This document shows positions 29,831-38,901 of a DNA stretch of 64,000 nt, piece by piece. The stretch's first letter is position 1. The number at the start of each line of letters is the position of its first letter. The position numbers were made by a program, and so were the translations under genes. Source of the DNA: Obrimoposthia wandeli (lineage: Eukaryota); contig CDROCS010003444.1 of the NCBI GenBank assembly GCA_977020255.1, positions 62,001 through 126,000 on the forward strand, read 5' to 3'. The notes under the pieces are model-generated. The model was not told the origin of the DNA and made no database searches. It saw only the letters and a program-made list of their open reading frames with translations.

Positions 29831-30247
29831 ATGGAAGACATTCAAGCTTCACTACTAGGCCTTGTTGATTTTGCGAGCTATTTTGCAGTATCTATTGTTT
29901 TACTGTTAGTTTTCAAAGTTGTTTACACCCTAATTACTCCGCAAAATGAATGGAAACTGGTTAAAGATGAGCAAAATACTGCTGCCGCCATTGGTTTTAT
30001 GGGTGCTGTGATCGGTTTTGCTTTGGCGTTAGCCAGTGCTGCTTCAAATTCAGAATCATTGATTGATTTTATCATTTGGGGAATCGTTGCCTTAATCGCA
30101 CAAACTATCGCTTTTGCTATGGTTCGTTTTATCTTCATGCCTAAAATTGTACAGCGCATTAATGATGATGAAGTATCAGCAGGTATAGTATTGGGCGGCA
30201 CATCTATCGCTGTAGGTTTGTTAAATGCTGCATGTATGACTTACTAG
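29831..30247 (+). CDS. yjfL: DUF350 / YjfL membrane protein
   Basis: Four TM segments, YTLITPQNEWKLVK, NTAAAIG and GLLNAACMTY. ATG 29831 follows a CAGGAG RBS. Confidence 0.9.
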   Translation: MEDIQASLLGLVDFASYFAVSIVLLLVFKVVYTLITPQNEWKLVKDEQNTAAAIGFMGAVIGFALALASAASNSESLIDFIIWGIVALIAQTIAFAMVRFIFMPKIVQRINDDEVSAGIVLGGTSIAVGLLNAACMTY

Positions 30248-30260
30248 TCAGGAGTTAACA

Positions 30261-30875
30261 ATGAAAAGGACGCAAAATATAGATTTAACGGCGATGCGAA
30301 AAGCGCCAAAAATGTTTGCTTTTAAACCGCTGGCTTTTGCCGTTACTGCCGCAACACTGGTTGGTTGTAGTGATGACACTCAAGAATCTCAAGTGTATCG
30401 TACCGTGGATGATTGCGTATCAGGTAATCCTGATCAAGCTCAACAGTGCGAGCTAGCGTATAAGCAGGCAGAAGCAGAAGCGATTAAAAGCGGACCGAAA
30501 TACAGCAGTTTAGCGGCTTGTGTTGAGGATTTCGGTGAACAAAACTGTAATTCTTACACTTCTCAAAACAACCAAAGTTTTTTCATGCCATTTATGACCG
30601 GTTATTTAATCAGCTCATTAATTGGTGGTAATAACTATCGTTCAGCCCCACTTTACACCTCCTATTCACGTCGCTCTCCCGCTTACGGAAAATGGACGTC
30701 AACTGACGGTAATTTATTGGGTAGTGCTAATAGCAATAAAGTGAGAGTAAGCAGTAACGATTTCAAGCCAAAACCAACCGTAAGACGTACTATGTCTCGC
30801 GGAGGCTTTGGCTCTACTATTGCGGCTAAATCTCGCTTTGGTGGCAAATCCTCGCGCAGTAGTTGGGGTGGTTAA
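30261..30875 (+). CDS. yjfM: DUF1190 / YjfM lipoprotein
   Basis: LVGC lipobox, Cys pairs (DDCVSG...QCE, ACVEDFGEQNC), FFMPFMTGYLIS and a C-terminal SRGGFG...SSWGG. Confidence 0.9.
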   Translation: MKRTQNIDLTAMRKAPKMFAFKPLAFAVTAATLVGCSDDTQESQVYRTVDDCVSGNPDQAQQCELAYKQAEAEAIKSGPKYSSLAACVEDFGEQNCNSYTSQNNQSFFMPFMTGYLISSLIGGNNYRSAPLYTSYSRRSPAYGKWTSTDGNLLGSANSNKVRVSSNDFKPKPTVRRTMSRGGFGSTIAAKSRFGGKSSRSSWGG

Positions 30876-32039
30876 GTGTTCAGATCTATTGTAAAAGAAC
30901 GCCCTCACTGGCGTGATAGTGCCAGTGAATATGGCTTCAACTTCCATACTATGCATGGTGAAGCTTATTGGGATGAATCAGCCTATTATCAGTTTTCGCT
31001 ACAACAAATTGAGAGAGATATAGAAGCGCCAACTGAAGAGTTACATCAGATGTGTCTCGAAGTTGTTAATAAAGTGGTTAGCAATGAACAGTTGCTTAAA
31101 AAATTTCAAATTCCTGAAACCCATTGGGATTTTATTCGCAATTCTTGGCTAGCCAAAGAAGGCTCTTTATACGCCCGTATTGATTTAGCTTATGGTGGCT
31201 CAGGACCTGCTAAACTTTATGAAAATAATGCAGACACTCCCACCAGTTTATATGAAACAGGCTTTTGGCAATGGCTTTGGTTGCAAGATCAAGTGAATGC
31301 TGGCCAGTTGAGCCGCAAGGCTGATCAGTTTAATTCTTTACAAGAAAAGCTGATCGCACGTTTTTCACAATTGCGCCTAGAACATCCCGCACAAACTTTA
31401 TACTTTTCTTGTTGTAAAGATACCGACGAAGATCGTGGGACGGTTCAATATTTGGAAGATTGTGCCAGCGCAGCAGGTATTGAATGTAAGTTTATTTATA
31501 TTGAAGATATTGGTTTATCTGCCGATGATTGTTTTACGGATCTAGATAATCTAAAGATTAGTTGGATATTTAAGCTATACCCTTGGGAATTCATGTTACG
31601 CGAAGAGTACGCTAGTACTTTGATAGAGAATAATACTTCATGGTTAGAGCCTCCATGGAAAGCAATATTATCCAACAAAGCACTACTGCCTATGCTCTGG
31701 AAAATGTTTGAAAACCACCCCAATTTATTGCCCAGCTTTTTTGAAGATGAGCTAGCCAATAGCCAACTTAAAAATTATGTTAAAAAGCCTATTTTTGCCC
31801 GTGAAGGCGCCAATATTAGCATTAGCATTGATGGCAAAGAAACTTACTCGTCAACAGGTCCTTACGGCGATGAAGGCTACATTTACCAAGACTATTATCC
31901 TCTTCCCGCCTTTGGTGATAATTTTACTTTAATTGGCTCTTGGCTCGTTAACGATCAAGCAGCGGGGATTTCTGTTAGAGAAGATAAAAACAGGATAACC
32001 CAAGACTTGTCTCGTTATATGCCTCATATTATTTTATAG
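30876..32039 (+). CDS. yjfC: glutathionylspermidine synthase-like ATP-grasp ligase (YjfC/YgiC)
   Basis: YWDESAYYQF, LYARIDL, KLYENNADTPTSLYE, FKLYPWE, LSNKALLP, KKPIFAREGAN and IGSWLV. Confidence 0.93.
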   Translation: MFRSIVKERPHWRDSASEYGFNFHTMHGEAYWDESAYYQFSLQQIERDIEAPTEELHQMCLEVVNKVVSNEQLLKKFQIPETHWDFIRNSWLAKEGSLYARIDLAYGGSGPAKLYENNADTPTSLYETGFWQWLWLQDQVNAGQLSRKADQFNSLQEKLIARFSQLRLEHPAQTLYFSCCKDTDEDRGTVQYLEDCASAAGIECKFIYIEDIGLSADDCFTDLDNLKISWIFKLYPWEFMLREEYASTLIENNTSWLEPPWKAILSNKALLPMLWKMFENHPNLLPSFFEDELANSQLKNYVKKPIFAREGANISISIDGKETYSSTGPYGDEGYIYQDYYPLPAFGDNFTLIGSWLVNDQAAGISVREDKNRITQDLSRYMPHIIL

Positions 32040-32043
32040 ATAG

Positions 32044-32193
32044 CATTAGTGTCCGGTTTATTTTTTGTTGTTCTTTAACTCATTGATTTTACGTTAACCA
32101 CAAGTGTTTTTTGGCTAAGAAACCCAATTACCTATGCTAGAAGCCACAAATCAATGAATTAGAGTGCTTACACTTTTTAACCGGACAGCAATG
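32044..32193. mobile_element. ~150-bp palindromic MITE-like element (family 2)
   Basis: Terminal IRs cattagtgtccggtt (32044-58) and aaccggacagcaatg (32179-93) match at 13/15. Inner IRs at 32077-89 and 32148-60 match at 12/13, each 33 nt from its end. TA lies just outside both ends. Confidence 0.65.
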
Positions 32194-32240
32194 TATAGAA
32201 ATATTCATTAACTGTTCGCCGCCAACAAAAGAGCTTTACC

Positions 32241-32804
32241 ATGTCTTATGCAACAACCTCTCTACCTTTTAAACAACAGATAAAAATTGTTTTCGCGTTG
32301 TCTTTGATACTCGCGATTATAGAAATAATCAACATCTTAACAGCAAGAACACTTAATCAGTTCGGATTAGTTCCCCGACAGTTAACAGGCTTAATTGGCA
32401 TATTAACAGCTCCATTACTCCACGGCAGTTTGTGGCATTTTTTCTCTAATATAGTTCCCTTTGCACTGTTCAGCTTCCTATTACTACAGCATGGTACTAG
32501 GCGATATTTACAAGTCACTCTTATTTGCACTGTCGTCAGCGGTTTGTTAGTTTGGTTCTTTGCTAGAAGTGCCATTCATGTTGGTGCAAGTGGCTTAATT
32601 TATGGGTACTTTGGCTTCTTAATACTTGCAGGGTTTCTATCCAAAAAAATCAAGCTTATTTTAATATCTCTATTTGTTGGCATAAGCTACGGTACTTTAG
32701 TCTTTGGTATTCTTCCAGTAAGTCGTTTTATTTCGTGGGAGAGCCATTTATTTGGCTTAATTGTCGGTTTGCTTTGTGCTTACTGGATTCATAAACGTAA
32801 ATAA
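32241..32804 (+). CDS. rhomboid family intramembrane serine protease
   Basis: APLLHGSLWHFFSN, HVGASGLIYG (catalytic Ser) and SWESHLFG (catalytic His). Confidence 0.92.
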   Translation: MSYATTSLPFKQQIKIVFALSLILAIIEIINILTARTLNQFGLVPRQLTGLIGILTAPLLHGSLWHFFSNIVPFALFSFLLLQHGTRRYLQVTLICTVVSGLLVWFFARSAIHVGASGLIYGYFGFLILAGFLSKKIKLILISLFVGISYGTLVFGILPVSRFISWESHLFGLIVGLLCAYWIHKRK

Positions 32805-32822
32805 TTGGAAATATATGATCGA

Positions 32823-33243
32823 TTACGCAAATTTCACACCGGTTAGCGCACTTATTGGCGGCGCTTTAATCGGTACTTCATCGGTAATATTACTATTAGT
32901 GAATGGTAGAATTAGCGGCATTTCAGGTATTACGAACCGACTCCTTGATTGGCCTCGTTTGAAAACACTTTGGGCTTGGTTATTCCTAATAGGCCTTTTA
33001 TTAGGTTCTTGGTTTAGTTTCAAAGCGTTGTCTTTGCAAGCCCCTGTTATCGATACTAGCTGGATATTAATCATCGCTTCTGGACTACTGGTGGGCTTTG
33101 GCAGCAAACTAGGCTCTGGGTGCACTAGCGGCCATGGAGTTTGCGGCATAGGGAGGTTCTCTGTTCGTTCAATTGCAGCGACGGTAACTTTTCTAACTAC
33201 TGGTGCTATCAGCCTATTTTTAATCACACTTTTTACTCAATAA
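32823..33243 (+). CDS. YeeE/YedE family sulfur transporter subunit
   Basis: GRISGISGI, GLLVGFGSKLGSGCTSGHGVCGIGRFSVRS. Likely start is the ATG at 32823. Confidence 0.9.
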
Positions 33244-33265
33244 AAATCACTTTTGGACACCTTCT

Positions 33266-33718
33266 ATGGCTTTGCTTAGACCTTCATCGTTGCTTTATTA
33301 TATTAGTGTTACTAGCTGCGGCTTTTTATTCGCTACAGGCTTACAAATTTCAGCTATGGCTAACCCTCAAAAAGTATTAGGCTTTCTTGATGTAACAGGC
33401 CGCTGGGATCCAAGCTTGATTTTAGTACTATGCAGTGCATTATTAATATTCTCACTTGGTTTTAATTTTTTAATAAAACCCAAAATTTTGCAAAGTAAAA
33501 CACCTTTGCTCGCGGATAAATTTCATTTACCAATAAAACAAAATTTAGATGCTCCTCTGCTTATAGGGGCTGCTGTCTTTGGCATTGGCTGGGGTATTTC
33601 CGGGTTATGTCCGGGCCCTGCACTGGTCAATCTAATTCACGTTGATCTAAAAGTTATAGCATTCATCATCGCGATGCTTGTAGGGATGAAGATTGCTGGG
33701 GCTGTTAAATCTAAGTAA
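33266..33718 (+). CDS. YeeE/YedE family partner membrane protein
   Basis: SAMANPQKVLGFLDVTGRWDPSL and FGIGWGISGLCPGPA. Confidence 0.88.
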   Translation: MALLRPSSLLYYISVTSCGFLFATGLQISAMANPQKVLGFLDVTGRWDPSLILVLCSALLIFSLGFNFLIKPKILQSKTPLLADKFHLPIKQNLDAPLLIGAAVFGIGWGISGLCPGPALVNLIHVDLKVIAFIIAMLVGMKIAGAVKSK

Positions 33719-33749
33719 CTTGCACTTTGTAAAATTTGAAACTCAATAG

Positions 33750-33786
33750 GCTATCTTGGCTATCGCATGGCGATAGCCAAGATAGC
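33750..33786. repeat. perfect 17-bp inverted repeat, probable terminator
   Basis: gctatcttggctatcgc-atg-gcgatagccaagatagc, starting 32 bp after the stop. Confidence 0.85.
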
Positions 33787-34151
33787 TATTTCAAGCTAAG
33801 TTTAAGACTTTCTATCTCACTCCTCCTTATCAACAGTAAATCACAACATATTTTTAAAGCATGCGTAGAAATCACACTATTTTTTCACTCCAAATTAGCT
33901 GATTGACTCTATTCCTGACGAAATTTTTGTTCTTCTTAAACTTTTGTTTAAGCTATTTATGTTGCGATTTTTACGACTAATCAAACTCATTTCGCACAGT
34001 AAACCCTAACTTCTTATGATAAATAAATTATTCAATTGCGCTTTAGTTTGATCATATGAACATTTACAGGGCTTTTATCTACAATTATTTGATCAATTTT
34101 GATTGTTTATTTTCGTTCGATCATCTTGCTTTTCAAACTCGGGATGGGTTA

Positions 34152-34196
34152 GTATCATTTGACTGTCATTAAAGTGTCATAATGTTTAACTACTCT
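34152..34196 (+). promoter_or_regulatory. Pho box (PhoB site) of the ugp operon
   Basis: gtatcat (34152), CTGTCAT (34163) and GTGTCAT (34174) recur at 11-bp period, followed by a -10-like tactct at 34191. E. coli ugp is a known Pho-regulon member. Confidence 0.8.
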
Positions 34197-34348
34197 ACAG
34201 CTCGTAAAGTGCAACTTTTTACTTGTTACACCCAGAGCAGTTGAAACGTAATAAGATCTGTTGATCCTTAAACTAGATACTTAATAACAACTTTAGCTCG
34301 ATCAAAACTAACAATAATTTAAATGACAGCTTATAAGGGAGAGATCCA

Positions 34349-35656
34349 ATGCTTAAGAGAACATTAATTGCAGCTTCAGTGACTGCAGCGTTACTTTCAG
34401 GTGCAGCAAATGCCGCAGTTGAAGTTAACTGGTGGCATGCAATGGGCGGCACTAATACTGAAAGAGTTAACAAGATCGCCGCTGATTTCAATGCATCACA
34501 AGCAGATTACCAAATCAATGCTGTCTATAAAGGTAACTATACCGAAACAATGACAGCTGCAATCGCCGCTTTTAGAGCCAAAAAGCAGCCGCATATTGTG
34601 CAAGTGTTTGAAGTGGGAACTGCCACTATGATGGCTGCAAAAGGCGCTGTTTACCCGATAGAACAGGTAATGAATGATGCGGGTGTTAAATTAAATAAGG
34701 CAGACTATTTACCGGCAGTAATTTCTTATTACCAGACGCCTGAAGGTGAATTACTTTCAATGCCTTTCAACAGCTCTACTCCTGTGCTTTGGTACAACAA
34801 AGATGCTTTCAAAAAAGCAGGCGTTGATAATGCACCTAAAACCTGGGATGAAGTTGAGTCTACCGCTAAAAAACTTGTTGCTAGCGGTATGAAATGTGGT
34901 ATCGCCGTGGGTTACCAATCATGGGGATTGATTGAAAACTACAGCGCTTGGAATAACTTGCCTATTGGTACTAAACAAAACGGTTATTCAGGCCTTGATA
35001 CTGAACTTACTTTCAACAACAAAAACGTAACGGCTAACTTGCAACGCCTTAGCGATATGCAAAAAGATGGTAGTTTCGCTTATGGTGGTCGGCGCGGTGA
35101 AAGCTTAGCAATGTACACTAGTGGTGAATGTGGTATGTGGATTAACTCTTCTGCTTACTATGGTTCTATCAAGGGTCAAGCAAAGTTTGATTACGCACAA
35201 GCGATGATGCCTTTTGATTCAAAAGTAGCAAAAGCACCGCAAAACTCTATCATTGGCGGCGCTACATTGTGGACGCTAAAAGGCCATGATAAAGATAGCT
35301 ACAAAGGCGTTGCAAAATTTATGCAGTATTTATCTTCTGCAGAAGTGCAAGCTTGGTGGCATCAAGAGACGGGCTATGTGCCTATCACTACTACTGCTTA
35401 CGAGCTTAGCAAAAAACAAGGTTTTTACGATAAAAACCCGGGCACTGATACCGCTATTGCACAGTTAAGCTTAAACACGCCAACTGAAAACTCTAGAGGC
35501 TTACGTTTCGGAAGTTTCGTACAGATTCGCGATATCATCAATGCGGAAATGGAAAAAATCTGGAATGGTTCAAAAACAGCTCAAGAAGCAATGGATGACG
35601 CAGTAGCTCAATCAAACAAGCTATTACGCAAGTTTGAAAAAGCTAATAAGCAGTAA
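34349..35656 (+). CDS. ugpB: sn-glycerol-3-phosphate ABC transporter substrate-binding protein
   Basis: WWHAMGG, YKGNYTETM, IVQVFEVGTATMM, SMPFNSSTP, IIGGATLW and WHQETGYVP. Confidence 0.95.
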   Translation: MLKRTLIAASVTAALLSGAANAAVEVNWWHAMGGTNTERVNKIAADFNASQADYQINAVYKGNYTETMTAAIAAFRAKKQPHIVQVFEVGTATMMAAKGAVYPIEQVMNDAGVKLNKADYLPAVISYYQTPEGELLSMPFNSSTPVLWYNKDAFKKAGVDNAPKTWDEVESTAKKLVASGMKCGIAVGYQSWGLIENYSAWNNLPIGTKQNGYSGLDTELTFNNKNVTANLQRLSDMQKDGSFAYGGRRGESLAMYTSGECGMWINSSAYYGSIKGQAKFDYAQAMMPFDSKVAKAPQNSIIGGATLWTLKGHDKDSYKGVAKFMQYLSSAEVQAWWHQETGYVPITTTAYELSKKQGFYDKNPGTDTAIAQLSLNTPTENSRGLRFGSFVQIRDIINAEMEKIWNGSKTAQEAMDDAVAQSNKLLRKFEKANKQ

Positions 35657-35675
35657 AGCATAATTGATCGCAGCA

Positions 35676-35701
35676 ACAGCCTATTTAGAAAGATAGGCTG
35701 T
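35676..35701 (+). terminator. hairpin after ugpB
   Basis: acagcctat...ataggctgt 9-bp stem, with T-rich sequence downstream. Confidence 0.6.
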
Positions 35702-35943
35702 GGTTGTTTTTATCATTTTCCTTTTTACACACACTTTAAAATATAGTTAATAAATTCAATATCCCTTGTGGATTTGCAACAGTTAAAAATGCACAATGCT
35801 GCGCAGTAAAATAACTATTTTTATTTACCTGCTTGGCTCAGTTACAGCTGTATAAATACTTATTCTTTAAAACTATTACAAGTGGAAGATTGATTTTATG
35901 CTTCCGAATATTCACTCAACTTTGTTAAAACCTTGGTATTGCA

Positions 35944-36825
35944 ATGCATAAACGTGTCCATTACAACACATCGTATTTACCTTATTTATTGGTAGCACCA
36001 CAAATAATTATCACCGTATTATTTTTTATCTGGCCTGCTATGCAAGCCCTGTATCAGTCTTTTTTATTAGAAGATGCCTTTGGCTTATCTACTGAGTTTG
36101 TCTGGTTCGATAATTTCGTAGAGCTATATGATAGTGAAAATTATTTAAATTCATTCACCAGAACCGCATTCTTTTCAGTTGCGGTTGCCGCACTTTCCAT
36201 GGGTTTCGCATTATTTTTTGCAGGGTTAGCCGATAGAGTAATTAAAGGTTCCCATACTTATAGAACCTTGCTCATTATTCCCTACGCGGTAGCCCCCGTG
36301 CTAGCGGGTACTTTATGGTTGTTTTTGTTTAACCCAACGCTGGGCATCATCCCTTATTTTCTAGAGTTTGTAGATATAAATTGGAATCATAAACTCAATA
36401 GTAGCCAGGCAATGAGCTTAGTTATTATTGCTGCTGCTTGGAAACAAGTTAGCTACAATTTTTTATTCTTTGTCGCCGCTATGCATTCTATTCCGAAATC
36501 TTTAATTGAAGCCGCTGCCATTGATGGCGCAGGGCCGATGCACAGATTTCGCACTATTATTTTTCCATTGATTTCACCCACAACTTTCTTTTTATTGGTC
36601 GTCAATATCATTTACGCCTTCTTTGATACGTTTGGCATCATTCACGCCATCACTGGTGGAGGGCCTGGTAATTCAACTGAGATACTCGTTTACAAAGTAT
36701 TTAATGATGGCTTTGTCGGGCTTGACCTCGGCGGTTCTGCTGCGCAGTCAGTTATTTTAATGTTTATCGTTATTTTACTCACGGTAGTCCAATTTAAATA
36801 TGTAGAGCGCAAGGTAGAATACTAA
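35944..36825 (+). CDS. ugpA: G3P ABC transporter permease
   Basis: [25 protein letters not shown] and the EAA motif [10 protein letters not shown]. Confidence 0.95.
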   Translation: MHKRVHYNTSYLPYLLVAPQIIITVLFFIWPAMQALYQSFLLEDAFGLSTEFVWFDNFVELYDSENYLNSFTRTAFFSVAVAALSMGFALFFAGLADRVIKGSHTYRTLLIIPYAVAPVLAGTLWLFLFNPTLGIIPYFLEFVDINWNHKLNSSQAMSLVIIAAAWKQVSYNFLFFVAAMHSIPKSLIEAAAIDGAGPMHRFRTIIFPLISPTTFFLLVVNIIYAFFDTFGIIHAITGGGPGNSTEILVYKVFNDGFVGLDLGGSAAQSVILMFIVILLTVVQFKYVERKVEY

Positions 36826-37664
36826 TGATTGAAAACAGACCAATAACGACTTTTGTTAGTCATACTGTGTTGATTTTAGGGGTAGCATTAATTGTATTCC
36901 CTATCTGGGTAATGCTGGTAGCTTCCAGCCATGACGCTTTACGGCTAACGCAAGTACCGCTACCGCTGCTACCCGGTGATCAATTTTGGATCAACCTCAA
37001 ACTACTTTTTAGTGGCAAAGGTTTTAGCGCTCCTATTCACTTAACACTGATGAACAGTTTGGCTATGGCGCTGATGATTTCGATTGGTAAGATTGTGATC
37101 TCGATCATTTCTGCCTTTGCGATTGTCTACTTCAAGTTTCGCTTTCGTATGTTCTTTTTTTGGATGATATTCCTCACTTTAATGCTACCGGTTGAAGTGC
37201 GAATACTGCCAACTTATGAAGTAATAGCTAATTTTGGTATGCTCGATAGTTATGCTGGCTTAAGCATTCCGCTGATCGCTTCTGCAACTGCCACCTTTAT
37301 GTTTAGGCAAACCTTTATGACTATCCCTGATGAGTTAATGGAAGCCTCTAGAATCGATGGTGCAGGTCCAATGCGCTTTTTCTTTGATGTGGTTATTCCT
37401 ATGTCGAGAACCAACATAGCCGCTTTGTTTGTTATTTTATTTATATTTGGCTGGAACCAGTATCTGTGGCCACTACTTGTGACGACAGATCCTGATATGT
37501 ACACAGTCGTAATGAGCATTAAGCAAATGCTGGAATCTGGAGAGAGTGAACCTAAGTGGCACTTAATCATGATGACAGCCCTTGTCGCAATGCTGCCACC
37601 TATTTTAGTCGTTATTTTTATGCAGAAAATTTTTGTTAAAGGTCTGACGGATTCGGAGAAGTAA
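36825..37664 (+). CDS. ugpE: G3P ABC transporter permease
   Basis: MLPVEVRILPTYEV, PLIASATATF, EASRIDGAGP and WNQYLWPLL. Confidence 0.95.
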   Translation: MIENRPITTFVSHTVLILGVALIVFPIWVMLVASSHDALRLTQVPLPLLPGDQFWINLKLLFSGKGFSAPIHLTLMNSLAMALMISIGKIVISIISAFAIVYFKFRFRMFFFWMIFLTLMLPVEVRILPTYEVIANFGMLDSYAGLSIPLIASATATFMFRQTFMTIPDELMEASRIDGAGPMRFFFDVVIPMSRTNIAALFVILFIFGWNQYLWPLLVTTDPDMYTVVMSIKQMLESGESEPKWHLIMMTALVAMLPPILVVIFMQKIFVKGLTDSEK

Positions 37665-37666
37665 TA

Positions 37667-38719
37667 ATGTCAACTATCACCATGCAACAACTGAAAAAGT
37701 CATACCAAGATACCGAAGTTATTCACGGTATTAATATAGATATTGAAGAAGGCGAGTTTATTGTTTTAGTCGGTCCATCTGGCTGCGGTAAATCAACACT
37801 ACTACGGATGGTCGCTGGGCTAGAAAGTATTACCTCTGGAGAAGTCAAAATTGACGATAAGGTCGTTAATGATTTAGAGCCAAAAGATCGTGGTATTTCA
37901 ATGGTCTTTCAAAACTATGCCCTTTATCCCCATATGTCGGTATATGAAAATATGGCCTATGGCTTAAAGCTAATGAAAATGCCTAAGGATGAAATTGAAA
38001 AGCGTGTCCAAGACGTGGCTAAATTACTGCAAATTGAAGAGTACTTACAACGTCGTCCTAGTCACCTTTCTGGCGGCCAACGTCAACGGGTAGCCATGGG
38101 TCGTGCCATTGTACGCAATCCCAAAGTATTTTTATTTGATGAACCGCTTTCTAACTTAGACGCTAAGTTGCGTGTACAAATGCGTATGCAGATTAAAACA
38201 TTACAACAAAAACTTGCTGTTACAACGATATACGTAACTCATGATCAAGTTGAAGCGATGACAATGGCCGACAGGCTAGTAGTGTTAAATAAAGGTATTG
38301 CGGCTCAAATTGGCACACCGATGGAAATTTATGACGATCCTAAAGATCAATTTGTCGCGGGCTTTATCGGTTCTCCCGCCATGAACTTTTTAGATTGCGA
38401 AGTTTCTGATAAAAGCATACAAATAGGCCAACAGAGCATCGCTACACCTGAAAATGTTACCCAACGTGGCAAACTAGTGCTAGGCATAAGGCCGGAACAT
38501 TTCAATCAAGCGCCTTCTGATTTGCAAGGCACAGTACAGATGATTGAAAAACTAGGCGCTAACATTTTATTGTACATAAAAATGGAAAACTCTGAGCAAC
38601 CTGTTGTGATTCAATGCGATAATCAGCTAGATATCAAAATTGGCGATATTTACAGCCTCAGCTTTGATGCACAGAAACTATATTTCTTTGATGCAAACAC
38701 TCAGCAAAGAATTTATTAA
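37667..38719 (+). CDS. ugpC: G3P ABC transporter ATPase
   Basis: GPSGCGKS, LSGGQRQRVAMGR, FLFDEPLSNLDAK and YVTHDQ. Confidence 0.93.
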   Translation: MSTITMQQLKKSYQDTEVIHGINIDIEEGEFIVLVGPSGCGKSTLLRMVAGLESITSGEVKIDDKVVNDLEPKDRGISMVFQNYALYPHMSVYENMAYGLKLMKMPKDEIEKRVQDVAKLLQIEEYLQRRPSHLSGGQRQRVAMGRAIVRNPKVFLFDEPLSNLDAKLRVQMRMQIKTLQQKLAVTTIYVTHDQVEAMTMADRLVVLNKGIAAQIGTPMEIYDDPKDQFVAGFIGSPAMNFLDCEVSDKSIQIGQQSIATPENVTQRGKLVLGIRPEHFNQAPSDLQGTVQMIEKLGANILLYIKMENSEQPVVIQCDNQLDIKIGDIYSLSFDAQKLYFFDANTQQRIY

Positions 38720-38720
38720 A

Positions 38721-38883
38721 TAGTTCTCATCCAGAAATAGGGCCGTAACGAGGGCGACTCAATGGTTCAAGATGTGTGCTACTAGATATGGGCGTTTGGT
38801 TATTCCAAATAACTATATCTAGTGGTGCTCAGATTGATCCAGTGAGCCGGACGCAGTAGGCATCTGTTTCTGGATGGGAACTA
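38721..38883 (+). mobile_element. 163-bp MITE-like element (family 1, copy A)
   Basis: 20-bp terminal IRs tagttctcatccagaaatag / ctgtttctggatgggaacta (2 mismatches), TA at both ends, and an internal actagatat/atatctagt stem. A second, inverted copy lies at 58899-59043. Confidence 0.9.
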
Positions 38884-38901
38884 AATACATTGGAATAACG
38901 C

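Noticed and set aside
34046-34063. Possible GlpR operator (gtttgatcatatgaacat) upstream of ugpB
   Set aside because: Half-site spacing does not fit the E. coli GlpR consensus. Cannot be supported without a lineage-specific motif.
35758-35895. Possible degenerate inverted-repeat element in the ugpB-ugpA gap
   Set aside because: The end-to-end match is weak (about 7/9 at best) and there is no second copy in the window.
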